A stretch of 64,000 bases of DNA from Winogradskyella sp. (GTDB lineage Bacteria; Bacteroidota; Bacteroidia; Flavobacteriales; Flavobacteriaceae), in NCBI RefSeq assembly GCF_013002225.1, contig NZ_JABDKL010000061.1; one strand, given 5' to 3'. Position 1 is the first letter of the stretch. Every line of letters starts with the position of its first letter. The translations under genes were made by a program, and so were the position numbers. Positions 56,431-64,000 of this stretch are shown here, piece by piece. The notes under the pieces were generated by a model. The model did not search any database. It had not been told where the DNA came from and saw only the letters and a program-made list of their open reading frames with translations.

Positions 56431-57146
56431 AAACACTAGACGATTATAAAAACGGGCAGGTCCTACTAATTGACAAACCACTAAATTGGACTTCCTTTCA
56501 GGTCGTTAATAAGTTACGATGGGCAATACGACAATCTTTTTCAATTAAGAAAATTAAAGTAGGTCATGCAGGGACATTAGACCCTCTAGCAACTGGTCTG
56601 CTAATAATTTGTACTGGTAAAATGACCAAGCAAATTAACACCTATCAAGGACAGGAAAAAGAATATACAGGGACTATTACCTTAGGCAGTACGACGCCCT
56701 CATTTGATTTAGAAACTGAAATTGACAAAACTTATCCTACAGCACATATTTCGAAGGAACTCATTTATAGCACGACAACTAGGTTTATTGGCGCAATAGA
56801 CCAAATGCCACCAGTGTTCTCTGCGCTTAAAAAAGATGGAAAGCGCTTATACGAATTTGCACGTGCCGGTGAAGCTGTCGAAATTAAACCACGACAGGTC
56901 AAAATTTCAGAATTTGAAATAACCTCTATTAATACATCTACAGAACCAGACAGTTCACATCTGGAATTAAAATTTAGAGTTGTTTGCAGTAAAGGCACAT
57001 ACATTAGATCTTTGGCTCACGACTTTGGCAAAGCGCTCAACTCTGGAGCACATTTGTCTGAATTGCGTCGGACGCGTATTGGTGAATTTAAGGTAGAAAA
57101 TGCCTTGACACCTGAAGAATTTATGCTGAATCTTCCTGAAAAATAG
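56427..57146 (+). CDS. truB: tRNA pseudouridine(55) synthase
   Basis: KVGHAGTLDPLATGLL catalytic Asp motif. 4-nt overlap with uppP. Confidence 0.95.
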   Translation: MKTLDDYKNGQVLLIDKPLNWTSFQVVNKLRWAIRQSFSIKKIKVGHAGTLDPLATGLLIICTGKMTKQINTYQGQEKEYTGTITLGSTTPSFDLETEIDKTYPTAHISKELIYSTTTRFIGAIDQMPPVFSALKKDGKRLYEFARAGEAVEIKPRQVKISEFEITSINTSTEPDSSHLELKFRVVCSKGTYIRSLAHDFGKALNSGAHLSELRRTRIGEFKVENALTPEEFMLNLPEK

Positions 57147-57229
57147 GACTTTAACAGGGGTTTAATATTGTGTTTTAAACTATTTCGTTATTATATTCGT
57201 ATATCTGATACGTTATAAATTAATATTAT

Positions 57230-57979
57230 TTGAATTTTTTAGATCAATATAAAGCCTCAATAATAACCTTTTTGGTTGCAGGAATTATCATCCTCGGATT
57301 GTTTAGTTTTCAACTTAAACAACAAGGAAAATTAATTACAGAGAGTTACTACGAAATAGAACCAGAACCCGAAAAAACTGAGCAGGAACGTATTGAAGCG
57401 TTAGAACAGTTAGAAGCGTTACAAGGTGCCTCTACAAATAAAGCCTTTAATGAAGATCAGGAATTTAAAGAAATGATGCGCAACTTTAAAACGTTTAACG
57501 CTAATGAGCCTGATCGAGAACCTGAATCCTCTAATGAATCTGAACCTACAGACGACCTCGTTGAAGAATCAAGTTTAAATCAATCCTATGGAAATAATAA
57601 AGCATATGCCTTAAAGACAAAAGAGACCGAATCGTACAAGAAATTACAAGAAAATTTAAAAAAACGATTAGAAAATAAACAGCAGGCAGACGAGCATGCT
57701 AAAAGCAGAAGTACTTTGACCTACTCCTTAAAAGGAAGAACTTTATTAAACTATAAAATCCCAAGATACCTGTGCGAAGAAGGCGGAAAAATTGTCGTAA
57801 CGATTAAAGTTGGTGCAAATGGATTGGTTAAGGACGCTAATATCAACGGATCATCAACCTCTCGTGACCAATGTTTAATAGAAAGTGCGATTAGTTATGC
57901 AAAGACAGTAAGATTTAATAACGCGTCTAAACAAGAACAGCTTGGAACTATTACGTTTTTATTCAAGGGAAAAAACTAA
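57230..57979 (+). CDS. hypothetical membrane-anchored protein with acidic linker and TonB-C-like terminal domain
   Basis: TTG start taken from the track. One TM helix, an E/Q/K-rich linker, and a C-terminal beta-rich domain of about 80 aa. Function not supported further. Confidence 0.45.
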   Translation: MNFLDQYKASIITFLVAGIIILGLFSFQLKQQGKLITESYYEIEPEPEKTEQERIEALEQLEALQGASTNKAFNEDQEFKEMMRNFKTFNANEPDREPESSNESEPTDDLVEESSLNQSYGNNKAYALKTKETESYKKLQENLKKRLENKQQADEHAKSRSTLTYSLKGRTLLNYKIPRYLCEEGGKIVVTIKVGANGLVKDANINGSSTSRDQCLIESAISYAKTVRFNNASKQEQLGTITFLFKGKN

Positions 57980-57982
57980 TTC

Positions 57983-58615
57983 TTAATACCCAGAGTTATT
58001 ATTACTGAGCATACGTTCTAAATCCTTAAGTGTGGTTTCCCCTTTATCTTTGTTGTACCAGCGTTGTAAATCTTCCTTAAATTCTGGTGTAAGTGCACCA
58101 AATTCTGCTTTATAGGCTTTTACCATTTCTTTTGCTATACTTGGTCTCGGTCCATAAGTTTCTAAAACCTCATTGGTGTCATTAGCGATCATGATCAATT
58201 TCGGAATTGCTCTGTTTCCATAAGTTAAAAATTGATGCATTAAAGCATTATTCTCATCTCGCAAGACAATTTTAAGATCAATATCAGCATTTAATTCAGC
58301 TACTTTGTTGAGTACAGGCAGAATATGAGCGGCATCACCACACCAACTCTCAGTAATTACTAACCAGCTCACTTTTCTATTAAAATTCTCGATTTTAGAA
58401 CTCAGCATTTCAGAAATTTTAATCGTTTTATCCCAACGTTTCATGCGTTTGTCATTAAGTATCGTATAATTTATTAATGCCTGAGTTTTTTCATCTCCTG
58501 TTGTTGATCCTTCTCTAACTAGACTTGAAACTAAAGTTCGGTAATCTGAATAAGACATTCCCCTTTCAAGACTTCCTGTTATTAATTTGTTTCTCATATC
58601 ATCATAATAATTCAA
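57983..58615 (-). CDS. thioredoxin-fold family protein
   Basis: ITESWCGDAAH, with a thioredoxin-like CxxA/CxxC position in a fold of about 200 aa. Confidence 0.6.
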   Translation of the reverse strand: MNYYDDMRNKLITGSLERGMSYSDYRTLVSSLVREGSTTGDEKTQALINYTILNDKRMKRWDKTIKISEMLSSKIENFNRKVSWLVITESWCGDAAHILPVLNKVAELNADIDLKIVLRDENNALMHQFLTYGNRAIPKLIMIANDTNEVLETYGPRPSIAKEMVKAYKAEFGALTPEFKEDLQRWYNKDKGETTLKDLERMLSNNNSGY

Positions 58616-58695
58616 TAGTATAAAATTAAGGTTCTCTTCTCATTAATTGGGTAACAGTTGTTACATTAGTAGTGTTTAAATTTTATACTTCAGCT

Positions 58696-59259
58696 ATGAA
58701 CAAACAAAGATGTGGTTGGTGCGAAGGTGATCCTTTATACGAGGCTTATCATGATCAGGAATGGGGAGTTCCTGTATACGATGATGACACCCTATTTGAA
58801 TTTTTAATTCTTGAAACTTTTCAGGCAGGATTGAGCTGGATAACCATCTTGAAAAAGCGTGAAAATTTTAGGGCCGCATTTGATAGTTTTAATTTTTACA
58901 AAATCGCAAATTATCAGCAACCTAAAATAGATGCCCTATTGCAAAATGAGGGAATTATAAGAAACAGACTCAAAATAAATGCCACCATAACTAACGCACA
59001 GGCGTTTATAGAGATTCGAAAAAAATTCGGTACATTTTCGGAATACATATGGGATTTTGTTGATGGTAAACCTATAAAGAATGCTATACAACATTATAAA
59101 AATGCACCTGCCAATACAGCCTTAAGTAATACCATTAGTAAAGATTTAAAAAATCGAGGATTTAAATTTGTAGGAAGCACCGTAATCTACGCACATATGC
59201 AGGCAACTGGTATGGTGAATGACCATGAAGTGTCATGCTTTAGATATAACGAGGTCTAG
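58696..59259 (+). CDS. tag: DNA-3-methyladenine glycosylase I
   Basis: RCGWC...DPLYEAYHDQEWGVPVYDD..LFE.L.LE.FQAGLSW. Start set at ATG 58696. Confidence 0.9.
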   Translation: MNKQRCGWCEGDPLYEAYHDQEWGVPVYDDDTLFEFLILETFQAGLSWITILKKRENFRAAFDSFNFYKIANYQQPKIDALLQNEGIIRNRLKINATITNAQAFIEIRKKFGTFSEYIWDFVDGKPIKNAIQHYKNAPANTALSNTISKDLKNRGFKFVGSTVIYAHMQATGMVNDHEVSCFRYNEV

Positions 59260-59266
59260 CAATTAT

Positions 59267-59890
59267 TTAAAGAAATTTGAGAAAGTCGTTGCGTGTAATG
59301 TGCTTACCACCTAAACTCTCTAAATGTTTAGTATGTAATTGGCAGTCAATTAACTGATAGTTAGAATTCTGTACAAAGGTGATAAAACCAACTTTGCTTG
59401 CATTACTTACATGTGCAAACATACTCTCACCGCAAAATACCTCATTTCCTAAGTCAATGCCGTATAAACCACCCACAAGTGTATCATTTTGCCAAACCTC
59501 TACCGATTTTGCATAACCTAGATCATGCAACTTATTATAGGCCTTTACCATTTCATCAGTAATCCATGTACCTGCCTGATTATTGCGTTTGGCCTTTGCA
59601 CAATTACTAATTACAGCCTTAAAAGCTTTATTATAGGTTACTTTAAATACAGACTTTTTTAAAATTTGCTTCATGCTTTTAGACACCTTTAAGTCTTCAG
59701 GATAAATTACAAATCGTGGGTCTGGAGACCACCAAAGGAGTGGTTCGTCTTGTTCGAACCAAGGAAATATACCCTTAGAGTAGGCATGTATTAATCGCTC
59801 AGGTAATAAGTCTCCACCTATAGCTAAAAGCCCTTCTGCTGAGGCTTCGGAGACGTCAGGAAATTCTATTTTCTGGTCTAAAAAGTGCAT
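59267..59890 (-). CDS. aat: leucyl/phenylalanyl-tRNA--protein transferase
   Basis: GIFPWF....PLLWWSPDPR and GESMF motifs. Confidence 0.9.
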   Translation of the reverse strand: MHFLDQKIEFPDVSEASAEGLLAIGGDLLPERLIHAYSKGIFPWFEQDEPLLWWSPDPRFVIYPEDLKVSKSMKQILKKSVFKVTYNKAFKAVISNCAKAKRNNQAGTWITDEMVKAYNKLHDLGYAKSVEVWQNDTLVGGLYGIDLGNEVFCGESMFAHVSNASKVGFITFVQNSNYQLIDCQLHTKHLESLGGKHITRNDFLKFL

Positions 59891-60064
59891 ATTAACGCGC
59901 TATAATAACATTTTTTTAACATTTTTGGTGTTAAATACGGTTTTGAGTTTTGATTATAGTCGATTTTTATAGATATTTGACCCGACCTTTATGAAATAAA
60001 TTTTTGTTCATCATTGCTTTTTTTAAGTTTGTTTGTAAAGGTCAAAACCTAAAACCACAATACT

Positions 60065-60095
60065 AAGTCTCGACTAACCATCGAGACTTTTTTTA
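60065..60095 (+). terminator. orphan plus-strand rho-independent terminator
   Basis: AAGTCTCGA-ctaacca-TCGAGACTT followed by 7 T. No plus-strand ORF lies in the 274-bp spacer. Confidence 0.65.
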
Positions 60096-60100
60096 TTATA

Positions 60101-60139
60101 TAAAAAAAGACTTGTTTTTAAAAATCAAAAAACAAGTCT
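60101..60139 (-). terminator. terminator after the DUF3127 gene
   Basis: 12-bp stem AGACTTGTTTTT / AAAAACAAGTCT, followed on the minus strand by a 6-7 T run. Confidence 0.7.
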
Positions 60140-60164
60140 ATCTTTTATTCGTTAAACGATTGTG

Positions 60165-60542
60165 TTAAAACGGCAAATCGTCGTGATCGTCTTCTTTTAA
60201 GTCACTTACTGGCTCAAAAGCTTCAGTCGGAGGTACTGGAGGCATATCTCCACTTGCCGATTCTGACTGTACAGCTTCAATTCTCCAGCCTTGAATTGAA
60301 TTAAAATATTTTGTTTCACCTTGTGGGTTAACCCATTCTCTACCTCTTAGGTTAATATTAATTTTAACTTGCTGACCTACCTGAAAATTATTTAGTAGAT
60401 CTGTCTTATCTTGAACAAACTCTACCATTATGTGTTGTGGATATTGTTCTTCAGTTGTTACAACAACTTCTCTTTTTCTAAACCCATTACTTCCAAAGGT
60501 TTGCGTCTCACCTATCATTTTAATTCGTCCTTGTACTTCCAT
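60165..60542 (-). CDS. DUF3127 domain protein (OB-fold-like)
   Basis: GRIKMIGETQTFGSNGFRKREVVVTTEEQYPQHIMVEF...INLRGREW is the characteristic DUF3127 pattern. Acidic tail ending DDLPF. Confidence 0.75.
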   Translation of the reverse strand: MEVQGRIKMIGETQTFGSNGFRKREVVVTTEEQYPQHIMVEFVQDKTDLLNNFQVGQQVKININLRGREWVNPQGETKYFNSIQGWRIEAVQSESASGDMPPVPPTEAFEPVSDLKEDDHDDLPF

Positions 60543-60587
60543 TTTTGCTTAATCTATAATTATTAAATATTTGTATTCATTTTGTGG

Positions 60588-61457
60588 CTACGAAAGTAAT
60601 AACTTCCATGCACTTTCTACGTCTCCAAAGCTCAAATAATTTTGTGCTAATTTATGTTTTTCTCTGTGTGAAGACGATTTTATATCTGGATACCGTTCGC
60701 TAATGTCTTTAATAAATTGCATTACCTCTTTTTGGGTTGGCAGCAACTCAACATTTGCTAACATCCCAAGATCATTCCCAGTTAATATCATACTATTTCG
60801 CACATGTTCTGGCATATTGTCCACACCAATACCCATATTTTTTAAGGGTTTAGGGATTTCAAAAAAGCCATTCTTGGCTCTGCTGTAATAACTACCTCCG
60901 GCTCTTGCTACCAAATCCAGTGCTTCCTGGTTAATAGTTTCATCTGTATTCATTACCTCATCAGCAATATGAAGCTTTACGACTTCACACACTATTAAAT
61001 TTCCAGCACCTCCTTCTGTACCTAATTTTATAATCTCATTTACTTTGCATTCAAACTGAACAGGTGATTCGGCTACTCGAAACGGCTTAACCTCGTCCGA
61101 TTTTAACATGGTTAATCCTGATTTAGTAAATTCGTTAATACCTTCAGGATACTCAGTACTTGTCAAAGACATTTGATGAACAATGTCATAATTAACAATA
61201 TTTATTACCACTTCTTTTATTTTTTCAACATTTTCCAGGGTATGTTTTGTGGTGTTGTCCCTTACCCGTCTCGCAGGAGAAAAAATCAGAATTGGCGGAT
61301 TAGCACTAAAAACATTAAAAAAGCTAAAAGGTGATAGATTTGGGTTTCCTTCACTATCTATTGTACTCGCAAAAGCTATAGGCCTAGGAGCCACTGCACT
61401 TAGCAAATAAGCGTGTAATCTTCCTGTTGATAAGTCTTTAGGTCTGAATGAAATCAT
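60588..61457 (-). CDS. flavin reductase-like (FMN-binding split-barrel) protein with C-terminal extension
   Basis: PRPIAFASTIDSEGNPNLSPFSFFN is typical of the flavin reductase domain. About 110 extra C-terminal residues of unknown function. Confidence 0.7.
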   Translation of the reverse strand: MISFRPKDLSTGRLHAYLLSAVAPRPIAFASTIDSEGNPNLSPFSFFNVFSANPPILIFSPARRVRDNTTKHTLENVEKIKEVVINIVNYDIVHQMSLTSTEYPEGINEFTKSGLTMLKSDEVKPFRVAESPVQFECKVNEIIKLGTEGGAGNLIVCEVVKLHIADEVMNTDETINQEALDLVARAGGSYYSRAKNGFFEIPKPLKNMGIGVDNMPEHVRNSMILTGNDLGMLANVELLPTQKEVMQFIKDISERYPDIKSSSHREKHKLAQNYLSFGDVESAWKLLLS

Positions 61458-61580
61458 GTAGTAAACTGATTTACAGCAAATATAATTATATTGCTGTGCT
61501 GATGAAAGTAATTAACCCATATATACGCACAATATTATTAACTGTTTTGCATTATATTTAAATAGAAATTGCACTAACTA

Positions 61581-62744
61581 ATGACGTTTAGCTCTAACCG
61601 AAATGTAATCCGATGGATAATTATCATTTCATCTTTTATTATAATCTCACTTGTACTCTGGAATACTTATATTTTCTTTCAAAAATTTAAAGCAGAAGAA
61701 CGCGTTAAAATAAAAACGTGGTCTGTAGCTCAAATTGATCTCCTAAAAAATATTGATGACCTTACGGAAGATGTAAATGAGGTAACCTCTCATGTACTTA
61801 CCGAAACAACAACCAGCACTCCAATGTTAGTTTTAGATGAAAATGGCAAGGTAAATACATCTATAAATATTGACGAAGAAAGGTTAAAAGATTCTTTAGA
61901 AACCCAACAATTAATTCAGAAATTTTCGAATGAAAATGAACCTATAAAAGTTATAGTTGGTAACCGCGTTTTTCAAACCATTTATTACGGTAATTCACCG
62001 CTATTAAACAAGTTAAAATATTATCCCTTTGCTTTAATTCTTATAATTTTTCTATTTGCAGCGGTTGTCTATTTCTTTTACCGAAGTTCAAAAATTGCAG
62101 ATCAGAATAAACTCTGGACAGGTATGGCCAAAGAAACTGCACATCAAATTGGCACGCCTTTATCTTCATTGGTGGGTTGGACAGAAATCCTAAAGACTGA
62201 AAATGTTAAGCCGGATTACATAAAAGAGATAGAAAAAGATATTGATCGACTACAAACTATTACGGAACGATTTAGTAAAATAGGTTCTACACCAACTTTA
62301 ATAAAAAGTGATATTGTCGAAGCAACTAAAACGTCTTACGACTACTTAAAATCAAGGTCTTCTAAACTTATAAATTTTAATATCAACACTCCAGACCAAC
62401 CAATATATGTTAATTTAAATACTCAACTTTTTAGTTGGACAATTGAAAATTTAGTGAAAAATGCAATTGATGCTATGAAAGGCAAAGGAGAATTAAGCTT
62501 AGAAATAACGAACACAGATAAATTTGTTTTAATTAACATTTCTGATACGGGCAAAGGAATTTCTAAACATCTCTTCAATAAAATTTTTGAACCTGGTTTC
62601 ACCACGAAAAAACGGGGTTGGGGTCTTGGATTATCTTTAGCAAAACGCATTATTGAAGACTACCATAACGGAAAAATAAAAGTCCTAGACTCTGAACCTA
62701 ACAGAGGTGCCACGATACAAATAAGTTTAAAAACTCTATCTTAA
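61581..62744 (+). CDS. orphan membrane sensor histidine kinase
   Basis: Two TM helices flank a periplasmic segment of about 110 aa. H-box ETAHQIGTPLSSL. N/G boxes NLVKNAIDA, DTGKGI and GWGLGLSLA. No adjacent response regulator. Confidence 0.85.
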   Translation: MTFSSNRNVIRWIIIISSFIIISLVLWNTYIFFQKFKAEERVKIKTWSVAQIDLLKNIDDLTEDVNEVTSHVLTETTTSTPMLVLDENGKVNTSINIDEERLKDSLETQQLIQKFSNENEPIKVIVGNRVFQTIYYGNSPLLNKLKYYPFALILIIFLFAAVVYFFYRSSKIADQNKLWTGMAKETAHQIGTPLSSLVGWTEILKTENVKPDYIKEIEKDIDRLQTITERFSKIGSTPTLIKSDIVEATKTSYDYLKSRSSKLINFNINTPDQPIYVNLNTQLFSWTIENLVKNAIDAMKGKGELSLEITNTDKFVLINISDTGKGISKHLFNKIFEPGFTTKKRGWGLGLSLAKRIIEDYHNGKIKVLDSEPNRGATIQISLKTLS

Positions 62745-62754
62745 GATTGCTTTT

Positions 62755-63111
62755 ATGGGTACAGCGAATTATTTTGATTTAAAAGAAACAAACCTAAGTA
62801 ATAATTGTCCTGAATGTTACTCAACAAATGGCTTAACTTTAACCTACAAACAAAAAATTATAGACAATGTACTTTATAAAGCAAATGGTACAGAAACAGT
62901 TGTTAAAATGCATTGTAAGAACTGTAACTCAGATATTTTTCCTGTACGTTGGACCGAAGACATAGAACGCGTTGTTGCTTATCAAGATCGTGCTTTACAA
63001 CTTAAACCAAAATCTCTAAAAATTAAACCACTGGGTTGGTTCTTAATTATCTTAGATGCCTTTTTACTTATAACAGTACTATTAATTGCGACCGGTGTAA
63101 TTACTTTTTAA
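62755..63111 (+). CDS. hypothetical zinc-ribbon protein with C-terminal TM anchor
   Basis: CPEC...CKNC pairs and a C-terminal helix LGWFLIILDAFLLITVLLIATGVI. 10 nt downstream of the kinase gene. Confidence 0.5.
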   Translation: MGTANYFDLKETNLSNNCPECYSTNGLTLTYKQKIIDNVLYKANGTETVVKMHCKNCNSDIFPVRWTEDIERVVAYQDRALQLKPKSLKIKPLGWFLIILDAFLLITVLLIATGVITF

Positions 63112-63500
63112 TTAAAATGTGATGCAATTTTTGTGGCCATTGCTTCAAACTCTGCCGGGCTCAATTTTTCTTTGTGGGTAAATCGTGCATTTTCCATATT
63201 ATGCAATGGAATTAAATGAACGTGCACATGAGGTACTTCCAATCCTATAACAGTCATGCCCACACGCTTACACGCCACAGCCCTTTCTATGGCTATTGCA
63301 ACGCGTCTTGAAAATTCCATTAGCCCCAAGTACGTATCTTTATCTAAATCAAATATTTTATCCACTTCTTTTTTAGGAATGCATAACGTATGTCCCTTTG
63401 CGTTGGGATTTATGTCTAAAAATGCAAGATAATCCTGAGTTTCGGCGACTTTGTACGAGGGAATTTCTCCGTTAATGATTTTTGTAAAAAGCGTTGCCAT
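63108..63500 (-). CDS. HIT family (histidine triad) nucleotide hydrolase
   Basis: HVHVHLIP histidine triad. 130 aa. Confidence 0.9.
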   Translation of the reverse strand: MATLFTKIINGEIPSYKVAETQDYLAFLDINPNAKGHTLCIPKKEVDKIFDLDKDTYLGLMEFSRRVAIAIERAVACKRVGMTVIGLEVPHVHVHLIPLHNMENARFTHKEKLSPAEFEAMATKIASHFN

Positions 63501-63540
63501 AATTTGGAATTGTGTCTTTATTAGAATAGTATAAATATAA

Positions 63541-63566
63541 AAAGATTCCTGTTGAGAGGAATCTTT
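63541..63566 (-). terminator. terminator after greA
   Basis: AAAGATTCCT-gttgag-AGGAATCTTT with a T-rich tail on the minus strand. Confidence 0.65.
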
Positions 63567-63607
63567 TTATGGTATAACTTTAGGTTTCCTGTCTTCACAA
63601 GAACACC

Positions 63608-64000
63608 TTATCTGGAAATTTCTAAAATATCAAATTTCATAATGCCGCTTGGAACTTGTATTTCTGCTGTATCGCCTACAGACTTTCCTAGTAAACCCTT
63701 ACCTATTGGTGAGTTTACAGAAATTTTACCAGTCGCTAAGTCAGCTTCACTCTCAGCCACTAATGTATAGGTCATTTCCATACCATTAGTCTGGTTTTTT
63801 ATTTTAACGATAGACAATGCCAAAACCTTAGAGGTGTCTAATTGGGACTCATCTATAACGCGTGCGTTTGCCAGAGTTTCTTCCATTTTAGAAATTTTCA
63901 TCTCTAACATCCCTTGTGCTTCTTTAGCAGCATCATATTCAGCATTTTCACTTAAATCACCTTTATCCCTTGCTTCGGCAATGGCCTGTGACGCTTTTGG
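63608..64000 (-). CDS. greA: transcription elongation factor GreA (N-terminus beyond the right edge)
   Basis: The frame stays open upstream of the track ATG. 63911-64000 translates to ...PKASQAIAEARDKGDLSENAEYDAAKEAQG, the conserved GreA coiled-coil tip. The C-terminal domain ends ...GIMKFDILEISR. Confidence 0.9.
   Translation of the reverse strand, partial: PKASQAIAEARDKGDLSENAEYDAAKEAQGMLEMKISKMEETLANARVIDESQLDTSKVLALSIVKIKNQTNGMEMTYTLVAESEADLATGKISVNSPIGKGLLGKSVGDTAEIQVPSGIMKFDILEISR

Noticed and set aside
63552-63770. 72-aa plus-strand ORF.
   Set aside because: It overlaps the greA terminator and is antisense to the well-supported greA C-terminal domain.
1-64000. CRISPR arrays, rRNA, IS elements, prophage or defence-system genes.
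   Set aside because: No regularly spaced direct repeats and no nuclease, integrase, transposase or phage-like ORFs were seen. Apart from the 3.9-12.2 kb locus, gene content is housekeeping.

Overview
AT-rich (roughly one third G+C by eye), densely packed chromosomal segment that looks like a Flavobacteriia (Bacteroidota) genome. Supporting signs are a T9SS C-terminal sorting domain, Bacteroidota-typical DUF genes (DUF4296, DUF4271, DUF3098, DUF3127), an S16 with a long acidic tail, a DnaE with a fused N-terminal exonuclease, and TAnnTTTG-type -7 boxes. Most of the window is core housekeeping: dnaE, trxA, rpsP-rimM, tyrS, leuS, pckA, ald, truB, uppP, ftsX, trmB, tag, aat, greA, one tRNA-Asp, and a four-gene Fe-S/ferredoxin operon. 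I see no rRNA, CRISPR array, transposase, integrase or prophage signature. The only accessory-looking stretch is about 3.9-12.2 kb, all on the minus strand. It holds a 1095-aa sigma54 enhancer-binding protein (3 PAS + 2 GAF, no receiver domain). Directly downstream of that gene are two identical enhancer-like 11-mers and a perfect TGGCAC-N5-TTGC promoter. That promoter would drive a tightly coupled operon (135-aa unknown protein, PAS histidine kinase, stand-alone receiver), followed by a 485-aa secreted tail-fibre-like protein, a palindrome-rich 317-bp spacer and a small secreted peptide gene. This is my best candidate for an undescribed system. The function is inference, but the promoter and enhancer geometry is read directly from the sequence. 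Smaller observations: an alkyltransferase-like MGMT homologue (Cys to Ala), tandem PA2169-family paralogs beside a Ca-binding TSP3-repeat lipoprotein, a REP-like palindromic element, two orphan plus-strand terminators that may mark small RNAs, and a glycosyltransferase with no canonical start codon. All product calls come from motif recognition by eye; no database search was run.
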